A stretch of 64,000 nucleotides of DNA from Mobula hypostoma (Eukaryota), in NCBI RefSeq assembly GCF_963921235.1, contig NC_086097.1, positions 192,760,001 through 192,824,000 on the forward strand. Direction: 5' to 3'. A program made the position numbers and the translations under genes. Positions 13,261 through 26,275 of the stretch are shown here, in pieces. The notes under the pieces were generated by a model, which saw only the letters and a program-made list of their open reading frames with translations, did no database searches and had not been told where the DNA came from. How positions within the stretch are numbered: position 1 is the stretch's first letter; the number at the start of each line of letters is the position of its first letter.

Positions 13261-15877
13261 GCCTGTAAAGCCTTCTCAGGTGTGTTCTCCAGAATTTGAT
13301 ACATCATTTCCATGGTAGGCATACCAAAATCTTATGAAGGTTCACATCAATTTCTTGCTCCTTCCCTCTGTTTATAAAGCCCAGGATTCACCTAATTTTT
13401 TAAAATTTCTTTCTCAGACTGCTTATTGTTTTCAATGATTTATACACAAACATATTAAATCTGTTCCTGCATGCATGTTAAAAATATGCCTTCAAGCTTA
13501 AGTTGTCTCATCTCATTTTTCCTACCCCACATTTTTTCTGCATTAAATTGCTTATTGGTTCAACAAAAAAAGCTGGATGTTGATTGCCAATTGTAGTTCA
13601 CTGCCATGGCATCTGGTGAAGTGTGTCATTTTCATGTCTAATAAATAAATTACCATGAAATCAAGATTTCATAAATTTCCCATTAACTTGCTATTAACTT
13701 GATTGAAAGGTGAGGCTAGAGATGGAAGAAAATCAAAGGTTCAAAGGTACAATTTAATGTCAGAGAAATGTATACAATATACATCCTGAAATGCTTTTTC
13801 TTCGCAACCATCCACGAAAACAGAGGAGTACCCCAAAAAATGAATGACAGTTAAATGTTAGAACCCCAAAGTCCTCCCTCCCCCCACCAATTAAAAAAGA
13901 GCATCAGCACAACCACTGAGCTCTCAAGCATGAGCAAAGCAATAGCAAAGACACATTGCAGTTGCAATAGCAATTGCAGTTACCTGGTATGGATGAAATG
14001 CCTTCATCCAAACTTACCTGTTTGCTGTTCTAAGTGATTAGTTTTTACTTCACTTTTGATTGATCTGAATCCTTCAGTTTCCCTTCAGATAGGTTGATGT
14101 TAAAAGTACACTTAGATATTCTCTAGATTCTCACTTAGCTAAAAAATTCTACATCTTTTAGTGGGTCCAATTAGAAAAATAAAATCAAGCAGACTACAGG
14201 CATCTGCTGCTTAGAGATAAACACCTTGTTAGTTGCAGAGAGCAGAGCACAGGTAAGGAACTAAAAGGATCTATTAGAACCATGTGAAGCATCTCCTCAG
14301 ACCAGGATTTTAGCTCTTTGCTTGTCCCATAAAAACTCTTCTGTGATTTATTCTTTCTTATTTATCACCATTTAGTTTTTCAGTTCTAGAGAAAGGTGAT
14401 GAATTGAAATGTTAACTTTTTTGTTCTCTGGAAATGTTCCCTGACTCACTGTGCATTTCCACCAAAAATATTTTTATTTCAGATTTCCAACAACGATAGC
14501 TTTTTTTTCAACAAGATGTAAAGGTAGCACTTAAACAACTTCCTATCAGATAAATGGAAAATGGAAAATTTAAAGTAATGGCAGGATGATAATTATGGCA
14601 GATTAGATCAATTTGAAAATACCATGATTTTTAGTATATCTGAGAAACACAATCCCATTTTGCACTAGAGTGCTGTTTCTTTGCTATGAATGATGTATCA
14701 TAAATACTACATGCTGATTTATTAAGAGTAATAATTTCTGCAATCACTAAGAGGATACTAGTGGATTTTAAAGTTTCAAGAGCAAAAGCAAATCGGAAAA
14801 AGAATCAAGTCTGGGAAATATTAAATATTTTCCAAAAATATGCAGCAAATTCTGTTGCTCCTCACTCAGTTTTTATTCAAATTAAACAAAATTCCTTGCA
14901 CAGAAGGGTAATGGTAAAGATTCTTCTTCTAGATCACTTCCTGTGAAAGGATTTTTGACGATAATAAGAAAATGTCTGGTATCTTTCTCAAACAAAAAAG
15001 AACAGTTAAAAATGTTTTGCTCAGAAAATACATCTAATTTGATTTTGCCAAAGTAATTGACCCTTTTCCTTCCCTAATTTAGCCCTTAGCTTAGATTTCT
15101 CAATGGTAGAGTCTACTTATTCAGCTAAGTAAATGTGAGACGTATAGAGTTGCCATTATAAATCGTATCCATGATGAGTAACTGAATCATTATAAAGATG
15201 TATAATGTTGTGTTACATGAAGACATGGAGGGTCACATTCCCAGAGAAGGATACATTCTTTCAAAGGTGAAGATTCACAATAATTGACCCTTTCTTCAAT
15301 AAAACCTGTAATTACATTTTACTCCTCACACTGGGCACAATAACCACATTCGTTAGGCTTGAAATGAGCATACATGGCTGGTTCTGCTGTTGAACATAAC
15401 AAGGTCAGAAAATTTTATGTGAGGTGAGAATTAAGACAAATAATTGAATAGGCTTCTACGGCTGGTAATTTACAATTCATGAAAGTAACCTCTTGCTGAA
15501 GTCTTATTTATTCAAATCAAAATCTTATGTACAATATAGCATGGAATGCAGGTACAGTTTCTTCAGTAAGTCTGGTATCTAATTCAACAAAATGTGAAAT
15601 TAAAAACAAATCTCGCTACAGTGTCTAGTATCAGCTTAGGACCTTTGATCAACGCTTACATACTATGGTCCCCTCACCCCATTCTCATCAAAAGATTAAA
15701 TGAAAATATAATGTGGCCAGGAATATAAATCCTTGATATTGCTGCAGTGATCACCAACTATTCAATATAGAGAATGGTGGAAATAACTTCAATATTCCTG
15801 GTTTAAGAAAGAACTAATTTAACTGATATCTAATTTATGTTTAACTTAATTGATAATCACTGGAAAGTGAATGATCA

Positions 15878-16322
15878 TTTTTATATATAATTTTTATTAA
15901 ATTTTCGAAAAGAATACATGAAAAGATAAAATCTACCCCCCCTCCCCTTAACCCTCCCCCCCCATATGTAGTCCTACCTAAAAGAAAGAAAGAAAAAAAA
16001 AAGAGCCACCTGGATATTGGAAGGTTTCCACATGCTCCATGGGATTCAAAATAAATTTGGTATAATTATTCGTTACTTTCCCCAAGTAACCAAATTCTTT
16101 GTCGGAGCACTTAAATATGACATCCTATCTTTTGTAAATAAGGGCGCCAAATATTCAAGAATGTTACATAATTATCTCTCAAATTATAAGTAATTTTTTC
16201 AAGTGGAATAGAACTAGCCATTTCATTATTCCAACGATCCATACTTAAATACGAATCAGATTTCCAAGTAACTGCTATAGCCGCCTTAGCTACTGCCAAT
16301 GCAATGATCTTATGGGTTTCCA
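15878..16322 (-). mobile_element. L1/Tx1-group LINE 3' fragment
   Basis: ORF end IIALAVAKAAIAVTWKS...LEKITYNLRDNYVTFLNIWRPYL resembles fish L1 ORF2 C-termini. Followed on the minus strand by a G-rich tract, AATAAA and an A-rich tail. Confidence 0.75.
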
Positions 16323-17022
16323 GCTGAAGATGAAGTTGATAATAATAGAAGTTGCAACTGGGAAATCTGCTGATATTAACCATCTCTAATAATACACAAG
16401 GAGTGCGCAGCATATTAAAAGGTTGTGTGGCTATGATCATCTATGGAAATAAGTATAAACATAGATATATTTGGTACATTTTATGTCCTTTAAGCAAATG
16501 TTGTAATTCAGTCGCCTTGTTTTTCAGTGTATGGTAATAATTACGCAGGTTTGCTGACAATTGTCAGTTGTTAATAGTGTTCTAGATGCTTCCAGGGTAA
16601 AAAATGTGGATTAAATTAATTTTACAGTAATTATTGCTAATTAGCTGCAAATCTATATTTATCAAAAGGTCATTGCAAAAGTCAACCTAAACAATTCCAT
16701 CCTTGTAAATTTTTCTCTATCCACCTGAGTTTAAGCTGCTAAAACCAGAAATTCCCACGGTCTATTCAAAATCCTTGTCTAATTAAAGGAACCATCTATT
16801 CATTATTAATGCCTGGCTTGGGCTACTACGTGTAGGGGGTCAGGTTGAAATCATCTTCAAACCTCCAATATGGAGTGAAAGATAAATGTGTCTGCCTGCC
16901 CTCGAGAGGAAATATGATTTGGATCAAGAGACTCATTGGAAAAACTGATGGACATATGTCCACTGGCCCACTATTTAAGGAAACCACAAAACATTTCATA
17001 AAGCATAACGTATGTATAAGCT

Positions 17023-17190
17023 ACAAAACAAGAGAAAATCAACAGATGTTGGAACTCAGCAGGCCAGGCAGCATCTATGCAAAAGAGTAAACAGTTGATG
17101 TTTCAGGCCAAAACTCTTCAACAGGACACACTCTTGATTTTCCAAAGATGCTGCCTGACCTGCTGAGTTTCTTCAGCATGTCATGTGTAA
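17023..17190. mobile_element. PLE-terminus fold-back mini-element, decayed
   Basis: CTCAGCAGGCCAGGCAGCATCT is inverted relative to AGATGCTGCCTGACCTGCTGAG; degenerate hammerhead remnant between the arms. Confidence 0.6.
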
Positions 17191-17892
17191 GCTACGCCAT
17201 TTACCCATTTTTGCTCCATTTCCTTTACTCGAAGTGGTATGTATGGTGGTGCAGCAGCTGATACTGCTCATTCACAGCTTCTGTAACACAGGCTCGATGC
17301 TGACCGTGTTGTTATCTGTTTGAAGTTTGCATATTCTTAATGTGACCTTGTGAATTTCTTTTAAGTGCTCCACAGGTAAGTGGGCAGGTTAACTAGCTGC
17401 AGTAGATTATGCAGTGGAGTAAATCAGTGATGAAAACGAAAAGGGGAGTTGATGAGTGTGTGAGAGAGAATAAGTTATAGAGATACACAGAATAATGGAC
17501 AGGAATAATGGAACTAAGTGGATTGCTTCTCTGGGGAGAAATGAATCTGGACTTGTAGGGCTAACTGTTCTCTCTATGTGTTTTTTAAAAATATAAACAT
17601 ATTTAAAAAACTGCAGGATGCTAGGAATCTAAAATAAAAGAGAAAAAATGTACTCATTGATGGGAAGAGAAACTGAGTTGAGGATCAGGTTGAAGATCTT
17701 TCATTAGAACTGGGGATTAGACAGAAGAAACATGTTAATCTGCAGAGAAGTAGGGTACAGGGCTGCCTCTGTCGAGGGTAAAGCTAGGATAACTACAGCA
17801 TATAAACAGTAAACCAGCTCAGCTTGTCAATGAGTGAATGAGAGCAGTTCTTTTATTTGTGAGAACTAGTATTTTATTTTATTTATATTCTT

Positions 17893-18365
17893 TTGCGACC
17901 AGACATTGTCCTAGTGTCTGAGTCTACTAAGCAAGTGGTGCTGCTGGAGCTGACAGTCCCATGGGAAGATAGCTTGGCCTTTGAAAGGAAGCTCTCCAAG
18001 TACGCAGGACTGGTCAGCAACTGTCAGCAGGCTGGATGGAGAGCGAGATGTCTCCAAGTGGAGGTTGGTTGTAGGGGATTCATAGCCCGTTCTTTAGTTA
18101 GAGCCTTCAGCATTTTGGGCATCGAGGGAGAGAGGAAGAGGAGAGCCATCCGCAGTACCACCGATGCGGCAGAGAGGGCCTCAAGATGGCTGTGGCTCAA
18201 AAGAGGGGAGCCATGGAGTCATAAGTAGCTAGCCATCTGGACACAAGCTGGGGTCTGATCAGCCCCGGCTGGGTCACCTGGAGGAGGTTGTATGATATTG
18301 AAAGACCCGAAACACCCGATGATTCCAGGAACATCACTGAAGATGTGTCCAGAAGCATCAATAGA
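17893..18365 (+). mobile_element. 3' end of a restriction-like-endonuclease LINE (HERO/NeSL type)
   Basis: RPDIVL...LLELTVPWE...RKLSKY...VEVGCRGF is the PD-(D/E)xK RLE motif set; stop at 18228, then a structured 3' UTR. Confidence 0.8.
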
Positions 18366-18767
18366 TGTATGTACACAGTCACTCTTGTGAAATGCAAAGC
18401 AGGAGGGCATGATTTAGCATGCCTCTTCCCCAGATGAAGTAAAAGAATAAATAAATACCTGCTCTAAAATCCAAAATTCTATTCAAGATATTGGTTCTGC
18501 TAAGTCAGAAAATTCTCTTGCAATCTCAAGTGCAACTTCTCAGCCAGCCAGCTGTTCTTATTCGATATCCTGTTATTTTTTTCCATTGTACTCCCACAAT
18601 GACTGGTGTTATGAAATGATTTGTATGGATGGCATACAAAACAGTTTATTTTTGTACCTTCGTACATGTAACTGTAATAAACCAATTTAAAGAGCACACT
18701 AAAACAAAAACAATCTGCTTGAATTGACATGAAAGCAGTATGGAAAATAGCTTTGAAATAATTATTA

Positions 18768-21700
18768 AGTGGGAGGGGGAAAGATCTAGTTGTTGTGGTC
18801 CATGTGGGTACCAATGACATAGGTAGAAGAAGGAAAGAGGTTCTGCTGAGGGAATTTGAGCAGCTAGCGACTAAGTTAAAATCAGAACTAAAAAGGTAGT
18901 AATCTCTGGATTACTACTACCTGAGCCACATGCTAATTGCCATTGGGTCAGGAAGATTAAGAGAGTTAAGTACATGGCTCAAAGATCGGTGTGGGAGAAG
19001 TGAGTTTGAATTCATGGGAACTTGGTGCCAGTATTGGGGAAGGAGGGAGCTGTACCAATGGGACAGGCTCCACCTGAACCATGATGGGACCTGGATCCTA
19101 GTGAATCACAGAACTACGGCCGTGGATAGGGCTTTAAATTAAATAGTATGGGGGAGTTCAACAGTTTGGAGAAGTAAAGTAAAAAAGAGAAGTGTAGATA
19201 AAGATAAATAAAAATCAAAAGATATAAAAGAGAAAAGTAAGAGCGGAGTGAAGTAAAGTCAAGTGCAAAAGAGTAAAAGATTACAAGATCGTAAAAGCAC
19301 AATGAGTGTAATTATTTGAATGTCCGTAGTATATGAAACAAGGTCAGTGAACTTGTGGCACAAATCAGTACAAAGGGGTATGATTTTGTGGCCATTACAG
19401 AACGCGTTTGCGGGGTGGAGAGGATTGGGAATTAAATATCCAAGGATATCAGGTAATACGGAAGGATAGGCTGGAAAGTAAGGGGGTGTGGTGGCACTCT
19501 TAATTAAAGACGAGATCAAGACGATAGTGAGAGACAATGTAAGATCTAAGGAGCAGAATGTTGAATCCATCTGGGTAGGGATAGGAATAGTAAAGGGAAA
19601 AAATCACTGGAGTTGTCATTGAACAATTACATCACAGTGGCACTGGCAATAAACAGAGAATTATCTGAGGCATGTAAGAATGGAACAGCAGTTACTGTGG
19701 GGGACTTTAACTTGCACATAGGTTGGGTAAATCAAGTTGGTTGAGGCAGTCTCGAGGAGGACTTTATAGAATGCATCCCTGATGGCTTTTTTGAACAGCA
19801 TGTTGCTGAACCTACAAGGAAATGTGTTATCTTAGATCTGGTCCTATGCAATGAGACAGGTAAAATTTGTGATCTTGTAGTTAGGGATCCTTTTGGAAAG
19901 AGTGATCACAGTATGATTGAGTTTCTCATACAAATGGAGGGGTTTTGTGAGACTATGGATTTGAATCTTGGAAGGTTTCCAGGGCGCAGGCCTGGGCAAG
20001 GTTGTATGGAAGACTGGCAGTTAGCCATACTGCAAGTCTCCCCTCTGCATGCCACTGATGTTGTCCAAGGGAAGGGCACTTAGGGCCGATACAGCTTGGC
20101 ACCGGTGTCATCACAGAGCAATGTGTGGTTAAGTGCCTTGCTCAAGGACACAACACGCTGCCTCAGCCAAGGCTCGAACTAGCGACCTTCAGATCACTAG
20201 ACTGACGCCTTAACCACTTGGCCATGCGCCAACACACAATAGAGGGTGCAATAGTTTGATCTAAAACCAGTGTATTATGCCTAAACAATGGAGACTACAA
20301 TGGGATGATGGATGATTTGGCTAGTGTACACTGGGAGCGCAAGCTATATGGTGGGATGATTGAGGAACAGTGGAAGACTTCCAAAGAGATTTTTCATGGT
20401 ACTCAACAAAAATATATTCCAGTTAAAAGCAAGGACAGTAAGGGTGGGGAGATCCTGCCTTGGACAACTAAGAAAATAAAAGAAGGCATCAAACTAAATG
20501 CATATGCATATAAAGTTGCTAAGAGTAGTGGGAAACTGGAAGACTGGAAAAACTTTAAAAAGCAACAGAGTACCACTAAGCGAGCAATAAAGAAAGGGAA
20601 GATAGAATATGAAAATAAACTAGCACAAAATATAAAAATGGATGGTAAAAGTTTTTATAATTATATGAAGTGGAACAGGGTGGCTAGCATAGTGAATGTA
20701 GGCCCCTTGGAGGACGAGAAGGAAGAATTGATATTGCATTCTCTGGATTCTGGGCTGGTCCCAATGGATTGGAAAACGGAGAATGTCACAACTCTGTTCA
20801 AAATTGAATGTAGGGAAAAGGCAGGTAACTATAGGCCAGTTAGTTTAAAGTCTGTAGTTGGGAAAATGCTTGAAGCTATCATTAAAGAAGAAATAATGAG
20901 GCATCTGGAAAGAAATGGATCCATTAGGCAGACACAGCATGGATTCAGCAAAAGCAGGTCCTGTTTGACAAACTTACTGGAGTTCTTTGAAGATATAGCA
21001 AGTGGAGTGGATAGAGAGGAACAGATGGACATTATTTACTTGGATTTCCAGAAGGCGTTCGAAAAGGTGCCACATAAAGGACTTATCCATGAGATGAGGA
21101 TGCATAGAATTGCAGGTGATGTATTAGCATGGATAGAGGATTGGTTAACCAATAGAAAGCAGAGAGTTGGGATACATGGATGTTACTCTGGTTGGCAATC
21201 AGTGGTGAGTGGTGTGCCACAGGGGTCAGTGCTGGGCCCGCAACTGTTCACGATCTACATTAATGATCTGGAAGAGGGGGACCCAGTGCAGGGTATCTAA
21301 GTTTGCTGATGATACTAATTTGAGTGGAAAGGCACATTGTGTAGAAGATTTGGAGAGTCTGCAGAGAGATATAGATAGGTTAAGTGAGAAGGCAAGGGTC
21401 TGGCAGATGGAGTACAATGCTGGTAAATTATGAAAGGGATAGATAAGATAGAGGCAGGAAAGTTGTTTCCACTGGTAGGTGAGACTAGAACCAGGGGACA
21501 TAGTCTCAAGATTCGGGGAGTAGATTCAGAACAGAGATGAGGAGGAACTGTTTTTCCCAGAGGTTGGTGAATCTGTGGAATTCTCTGCCCGAAGAAGCTG
21601 TGGAGTCTACCTCTGTAAATATATTTAAGACAAGGTTGGATAGATTTTTGCGTATTAAGGGAATTGAGGATTATGGGGAAAAGGCAGCTAGGTGGAGATG

Positions 21701-21793
21701 AGTCCATGGCCAGATCAGCCATAATCTTACTGAAGGCTGATCAGGCTCGATGGGCCAGGTGACCTACTCCTGCTCCTATTTTTTATGTTACTA
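18768..21793 (+). mobile_element. Long decayed CR1 LINE (esterase ORF1 remnant, endonuclease and RT), internally deleted and interrupted by a SINE
   Basis: VVVHVGTND and DRLHLN (SGNH esterase); GDFN and SDH (APE); [31 protein letters not shown] (RT). Confidence 0.9.
19943..20232 (-). mobile_element. tRNA-derived SINE inserted in CR1
   Basis: Minus-strand A box TGGCCAAGTGG and B box AGTTCGAGCC. Imperfect TSD AATGGAGGG / AATAGAGGG. CR1 sequence resumes on both sides. Confidence 0.8.
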
Positions 21794-22660
21794 TAATAAT
21801 CACCAAATTTTAAAAACAAGAATATCCACTTTAAAACTAGCAAAACGGGAGTTAGTTTCTTTTGCCAAAGCTCGATAATTAATGCCTGTTTTATGCCTGA
21901 TTTTTCAAAGGTTATATTTACTGGCAATGACAATTCATTTGGCAAAAGGTCCATAATTGCATTTGTAGAAATTGCAATGATAAGCATGAGGACCTAGAAA
22001 TCCTACTGCATTTGGAAAGGGGGTGAAAATTTTAGTTGAGTGAGATTTCTCCAGATTTCTGTCCTAGTTTAACTGCAGAACAACTCCTCATACAATCCCC
22101 TTACAAGCAAACTTCTTCTCTAATGTCAGCTGTGTTTTTGTGGATAGCTTTGTCATGTCTGAGTTGGAAGACTGTATGTTTGGCAAGCTTCAGAAATTTA
22201 AGCTCAGAAGTCTGGGAAGCAGAGCACTAAAAGGTGCTGCCCAACTGGGGTCGCTATCTTCTGCATGATGTACTCTACTAAGGGGCTTTCCGTTTCTCAT
22301 TTGGTTCAGCACTGTTTTGAAGGACTGGACAGTTAACCTTCGTAACGTGGAATATATGTATCCTTCAATGAATATCATCAAAAACCGACTGTACACACAC
22401 TATTGAGTGCTTAGACCTAGCTGAAGTCACTTTAAGGAAACTTTCAAAATGAGATTTGACCTATTTGACTTAATCAGGTTTGTGCTTACTGACATGTGAT
22501 CTGGTTACTGGAACTATTCTATTGACAGCTCCATCTTCACACTGAAATTGTTTCAGAAACATTGCTCTATTTTACAACGGATGAAGAAAGATCATAGAAC
22601 ACTGTATAGGAGCAAAGTTAGGCCAACCAGTTCATCGAACATACTTCAGCATTTAATTAA

Positions 22661-23592
22661 CACTGGACAACAAAGATTTTGCTTCCTGAATACTTTTGGG
22701 TGTGTCTTATGAATTTTGGGCTGCTGATCATGAAAATCAGCATGTCATTTCCCTATCACACACCATTTTTGAAATCACCTATATTTGTTATTTCAATTCA
22801 TAATTTAGTTCAATTAAAATGTTGCTCACAATGTATGCTTTTCTATCTTGTTCAGGCATGCTTGGGCATATTTAGGCAGGATGGATGCTGCATAGTAAGA
22901 CAGGGTTTAGAAAGGCTATAAAGGATTTCAATATTTGAGACAGATGTTTCCTAGAATAAGTGATGCTTAGATTAAGGAAGGCATTTTTGTTGGTCCACAT
23001 TTCATACAGGTCATCAGTGACAGGCAATTTGAAGACCTTCTAGTGGGACTGAAGACAAATCAGTGGAAGTCATTCAAGATGTTGTTGAAATTTTTCCTGG
23101 CAACTACAGAGCACCAAACTACGTGCAGCTAGTTGACAACATGCTTCAAGCATACAAAACTATAAAGTGCAACATGTCACTAAAGATTCATTTTCTTCAC
23201 TCCCACTTAAACTTCTTTCCTGAAAATCTTGGTGCTGTCAGTGATGAGTGTGGTAAAAGGTTTCACCAAGACATTGCAGTCATACAGAAACAGTATCAGG
23301 GCAACCAGAATCCATCAATGCTGGCTGATTATTGTTAGACACTTAAGCAAAAAGCCTCAGACACTGAGTGCAAACAAAAATCATCAACAAAACATTTTAG
23401 CTTAATTGAACTATTGTAAAACTTCATCACCATTATACAATTAAACACATTATATTCAATAAAGGTTAATTTCTTATTTCTCCAAATTCCTATGTGATAC
23501 AATAGACTGAAATTATATTTTGGTTTAGCATCAAGCAGTCTATCATAAGCAAAAAAAAAAATTCCGAGGTAGCAACAGTTTGTTGCCCAGTG
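22661..23592 (+). mobile_element. Chapaev3-like (CMC superfamily) DNA transposon, deletion derivative
   Basis: TIRs CACTGGACAACAAA / TTTGTTGCCCAGTG. ORF 23063-23338 reads MSLKIHFLHSHLNFFPENLGAVSDECGKRFHQDI, a transposase C-terminal motif. TSD not evident. Confidence 0.7.
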
Positions 23593-23640
23593 AATCCTTT
23601 TTCAATGCCATTCCACTGCCTTCTCCCTCTAAGCCCTAAC

Positions 23641-25057
23641 CATAGTTCCTGCTAAGATGTGCGCACGCACACGTTTTTCAAACAATGCACAAAAGAAATT
23701 AATGTGTGCACAAAAGGTTAGTTACCTAAAATAATATAGTAATTAATAATTATACTTACTGAAAATAATCTTTTAGCTAACTTTCTCTGTTAACTAGTTA
23801 GTCGGTTTTTCAAATACTACAATGCACGTCACTAATTTACGTCACCATGCCTTTCCTGCTCCGGTTTGTACAGCTGCATCATGGCGGCAGCCACGTTTGG
23901 CGGACAGTATTCATATCATAAAGTTTACAAAGATCTGTTTCAAATCCTGTAGATAACTTACTAAGATTTTATTGAAAAAAGTATTGATTCACTATGTCGA
24001 ATTCAAAAGAAGTGAAGAGCGTGAAGCGCAAAAGAGCTGCAAATTTGTTTGAAGTTGAATGGCTTAACAACATAGTAGAAACTGCTACACTGAAAGCTCA
24101 TGAAGTCATGAACGTTCAGCTACAAGAAATATTTATGTATGATTCGGAAACTGGAGTTATCTGTTTGTATTGTCGTGATGCGAAAGTGGCTGGAGAACTT
24201 GCTAGTGGAAAGAAGTGGGATGATATTTGGAAACTTGACCTTTTGAAGCATCATTTGGAAAGTAAATCGCATTTGGATGGTGTGCAAAAGCTCAGGCAAC
24301 AGAACCCGTCATTACCCGTTACAGGACTGCTACGCATGTTATAGTTGAGTGCAGATGAGTGAGAGTGAAAGCGATCAAACCCAGAGGAGATCAAAGTTGA
24401 GGTACAAGAATGGTCAGCTTTTGATTTCTCCGCAATTACAGATTGTAACTTCATGTTTGGCAATGAACAACTTAATGTGTTATGTCTAAAATATCATGAT
24501 TTTCTAGCTGAAAATATTGTAATAGCTAGACAGTTTAATGATTTCAAATTTTCCACGCAAGAAAAAATTAAATCCAAACTGATTTCAAACTTTGCTCAAA
24601 TGGTGGCATTTGTACTTCAAAATGAACAGTTTTGCGACCTTGCACAGTTGATGGACATTGGGGGAACCTTTTTTCCGTCTAGTGTGGACTGTGAGTGAGG
24701 TTTTAGCCTAATGAATCAATTCAAAAACAAGCTGAGAAATCGTTTAGGTGAACATCATTTAGATATGTTAATGAGAATCAAAAGCTATCAATTGGATGGA
24801 AGTTTTATTAGTCTAGATAGAGTTTACAAAGAATGGATAAATGCCAAAGACAGGAGAGAGAAAAAAATAACTGAGTGACTTAAATATGTATGTTATTTTG
24901 TTGTTATTCTGTGCAGTTTTATGTAACATATTTTGTAAACCTACATAAACTGTGCCATGTGTGCATTTAGTTCGCATATACTTCTGTCACAGGAAAAAAA
25001 TTTGCACAACATAAGACTTTTGCGCACACTGACTACTAAAAATTAGAGGGAATATTG
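23641..25057 (+). mobile_element. hAT DNA transposon (Tip100/ZNF862-like), internally deleted
   Basis: Imperfect TIRs CATAGTTCCTGCTAA / TTAGAGGGAATATTG; 8-bp TSD GCCCTAAC / CCCTTAAC (6 of 8 match). N-terminal zinc finger CLYC...HHLESKSH and C-terminal dimerization motif SSVDCE*GFSLMNQFKNKLRNRLG. Confidence 0.8.
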
Positions 25058-25614
25058 CCCTTAACCCCTTTACAAATCAGAAACATATCAATCACGGCCT
25101 TAAATACATCCAATAAACTGGCTTTTACAGCCCTCTGTGGCAACTAATTTCACAGATTCATCACCTGTTGAAGAAACTGAAGAAATTCCTCATCTCAGTT
25201 TTTAAAGAGATGTCCCTTTATATTGAGGCTGTGTCTTCAAATGCTCAAACAAACTCATTCTGTCCTTCTCTATTCTCTCCAGGCCTTTCAGTATTTGGTA
25301 GGTTTCAATGAGATTTCCCCTTATTCTTCTGAAATCCATCAACTGCAGATTCAGAGACATCAAACACTCCTCGTTTCCCCTCTAAGGCATGCATGTTTTT
25401 CATTTACATTAATTGTCCAGAAACCCAGCTTGACTGATCCATTTTGCTCCCTGTAAACAAAGCAATGATACATAAATTTCACAAAGCTTGAGTCAGTAGT
25501 GAGTATGATTTGGGAAGTCAGGGATGATTAAATTTTGGTGAGGCACACAATGGGTGAAATGGCAAGGGGGATAGTAGAGGGAGAGATGGAGAATTCAAGA
25601 GAACGAAGAAAAGT

Positions 25615-25682
25615 TGGAGAGCGAGAGAGTGATCAGAGAGAGAGAGAGTGATAGAGTGATCAGAGTGAGAATGAGAGATAGA
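25615..25682. repeat. Imperfect (GA)n microsatellite
   Basis: GAGAGAGTGATCAGAGAGAGAGAGAGTGATAGAG... Confidence 0.8.
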
Positions 25683-26239
25683 AAATGAATAATTGTGGGT
25701 AACAAGCCAGAAAGGAGAGAAATATCAAAGTATTAGCCAAAGGAAAGATGGATAGGCAGGAAGAAAGTAGAACAAGGGTAATAATGACAGTAGAATGATT
25801 TGATGAGGGTGGAGAATATCAGGTTGAGGGGAGTAGGAGCCATAATGAAGCTGGTGGACACTCTGCACTTTAGAGGAAGCATCTGTAATTCTGAAGCACA
25901 AATACTGCTGTAAATGCATTTACCAGATGAATCCATTCTTCTTACCTCTTTCATTGGCTATGTTTCTAGGCTACAGAAACACAGCTGGCTGTAGTTAAAA
26001 ATAGAAACCTAAATAAAAAAAAGTGTGGATTCTAAAAATCTGAAGTAGAAACAGAAAATGGTGGAGTTAAAAATTCAGGCCTGTGGCCTTTCATTGGAGC
26101 CACTGATAAAAGGTCATCAACCAGAACCATTGACTACAACAAAAAGTAATATGATAAAACAAAAACTTGAAATAGAGCAACACCCACAAAAAATGCTGGT
26201 GAATGCAGCAGGCCAGGCAGCATCTATAGGAAGAGGTAC

Positions 26240-26275
26240 AGTCGACGTTTCGGGCCGAGACCCTTCGTCAGGACT
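26240..26275 (-). ncRNA. Minimal type I hammerhead ribozyme motif (PLE-associated)
   Basis: AGUC-CUGACGA-AGGGUCUCGGCCC-GAA-ACGU-C-GACU: intact core, stem I AGUC/GACU, palindromic stem III. Confidence 0.7.

Larger units (their letters stand above)
22590..25380 (-). mobile_element. CR1 3' remnant split by two DNA transposon insertions
   Basis: Reverse-oriented CR1 3' sequence is present at about 22590-22660, 23593-23640 and 25058-25380. Confidence 0.6.

Noticed and set aside
20160..20232. tRNA gene
   Set aside because: The acceptor stem is not formed and the sequence continues into a SINE body with a TSD.
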